Of a stretch of DNA of 64,000 bases, positions 62,033 through 64,000 are shown piece by piece. Within the stretch, counting starts at the first letter, position 1. Each line of letters opens with the position of its first letter. The notes under the pieces are model-generated. The model worked only from the letters and a program-made list of their open reading frames with translations. It did no database searches and had not been told where the DNA came from. This stretch comes from Octopus vulgaris (Eukaryota): the NCBI GenBank assembly GCA_951406725.2, contig OX597814.1, positions 141,980,001 to 142,044,000 of the forward strand, in the 5' to 3' direction. Position numbers and translations under genes: made by a program.

Positions 62033-63574
62033 TTAACATTCTTCTAATGTAAGTAATTTTCCTCTTAAAGCACATGGTACTTCTGCATATATCACTCAAC
62101 ATTTATTTGATCCACATGTCCGTACATGCTGCATAGCCACCTCTTCTGCAACACACATAAGAGAATGAAACAAATCTTTCCCTAGCCAGGTCACCAGTCT
62201 ATCACAAGTAATATTCCCAGCTGATCTACTGCCTATTCTGAACCACAAACTAAACTAAGGCATGTACAAACCAATCAATAGAGCATTTGATTGAATAGAA
62301 ATAACAGTCATATCTAACCTTAAATCACATACAAAAACAAACAACGACAAAAAACAATGGCCAAATAATATTTCTCTACAATCATCACCATCATCATCTA
62401 ATGTTTGTTTTCCATGCTGACATGAGTTTGATGATTCAATAGGAACTGATGAACTAGAGCTGTACCAAGCTCCAATGTCTGCTTTGGTATAGTTTCTATG
62501 GCTAGATTCCCTTTTCTAACACCAACCATTTTTCAGAGTGAGCTGGATCCCTTTTTTTTTTTATTTTTCATGGCACTAGTGAGGTCACAAAATAACTTAC
62601 AAGGCAAGACCCCTTGGTTGAGAGGGGATGTCTTATGGAGGGAGGTGAAAATATGATAAAAGGACAGGAACAGGTATCTTGCTGAAAAGGAGATACATGG
62701 TTTCCCCCAAGGAACAGGTCCTTTGCTGAAAAGGAAATGGCTTCCCCTCCTTTGCTGATGGGGAAATGGCTTCCCCTCCAGTGAGAGAGAGAGAGATAGA
62801 TGGTGAGAGTGTACCCACAAGGTGACAAGAGAAAATGGGGTTTGAGCATCAGAAAGGGTAAATAGGAAAGTTAGAGAGAGTGTAAAAAGAGTGTCACAAA
62901 AGGGTAGAGATAAGGGATAGAGGTGGACGTAGTGAATGAGGGCCCACAAGAGAGAAGGTGCATGGTCAATGGTGTATATCAGTCTGAAGAAAAATATAAT
63001 AAAAGAAAGGAAAAAGAATAAAAATGCTTAGAGCATTATGGTCAAAATACCTTTCATCACTTTGTTCATGGGGTGCTTGATGAGGGCTGACCTGGGGTTA
63101 AACAACGACAATACAATAAGAGAAATATGAAGATGTGTGTAGTATATAAGCCCAGGCAAGACAGATCAAATCTCTCTACAGTAATTTTGAAAATAAAAAA
63201 AACTATGAGACAGATAGTTGGGTAATGTGACACTTCTTCCATTCTGCCATTTTAAATATACAACAACAACAGTAACAACTATTATATCCAACAATATTAA
63301 ATTATGATGCTGAGGGTATCAATTTTTATGGTAACCACAGTGATGATGATAATGATGGAAATGGTGATGCTGTATAGAAATTTTCTACACACAAATATCA
63401 ATTAATGGCCTCACTACTTTCAATATTATTTCATAAATATAAATATAATATAATATATATATATATATATATATACATATAATATAAAGATGTTACACTC
63501 ACCAACATAGTTCACAGTAAATCCTTATATAAGAATGATATATGTGTGAGTATGTAAGTATGCAAATCTTTATG

Positions 63575-63619
<45 letters not shown>

Positions 63620-63762
63620 TCTTGTGAAGACCAGAAAGGAAATACACCTGAGTAGTGGCTCAGACAGGTTCAGATTTGAATTAACTATGTTATTCCACTC
63701 TACCTAAGAGTATTGAGTTCTTTCTCTTAACTGAAATTCACACCAGTGCAAACACCATAATT

Positions 63763-63827
<65 letters not shown>

Positions 63828-64000
63828 TTCAGGTGTTTTAGTTAAGGAGTTTTAAAACAGTCAGCTAAGAGGTAATGAACCTATGTTTATGTGTTGAACA
63901 TGTGTGAGTGTAAATGGTATGTATAAATGGGTTTGTTTATGTATGTATTATATTTGTTACACCCTTTGTGAAAGAAGCTAGATGTTGTCAGTTCTACTCC

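Overview
AT-rich, repeat-dense animal genomic DNA, not prokaryotic. The SINE, MITE and microsatellite repertoire looks like a coleoid cephalopod, probably Octopus (inference). Almost all ORFs in the supplied track are microsatellite or transposon artefacts. One host gene can be rebuilt by hand on the minus strand: six phase-compatible GT-AG exons (30705-30562, 29257-29155, 23494-23401, 20940-20874, 20481-20415, 8141-7648). They encode a PDZ + coiled-coil scaffold of the GRASP/tamalin-CYTIP family ending in a class I PDZ ligand (-EVTRL); the start exon was not found. A possible second spliced minus-strand transcript lies at about 4.5-5.4 kb. The rest is RTE LINE remnants, several tRNA-derived SINE families (A, B and C are my labels), an RTE-related short element with an expandable internal array (D), an (ATT)n-embedded element (E), mariner/maT, hAT, piggyBac-type MITEs, a Helitron and satellites. 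Best leads: (1) a young (TA)n-associated repeat module carrying a minimal hammerhead-ribozyme fold with the same non-canonical core (CUGUUGA) in both intact copies; (2) a 17-unit minisatellite in which 16 units carry a perfect AG|GTAAGT splice donor on the gene strand; (3) a twin-priming-type 5' inversion in an RTE LINE; (4) inverted repeats bracketing the first two PDZ exons (circRNA/ADAR candidate). Repeat boundaries are approximate and no database search was run.
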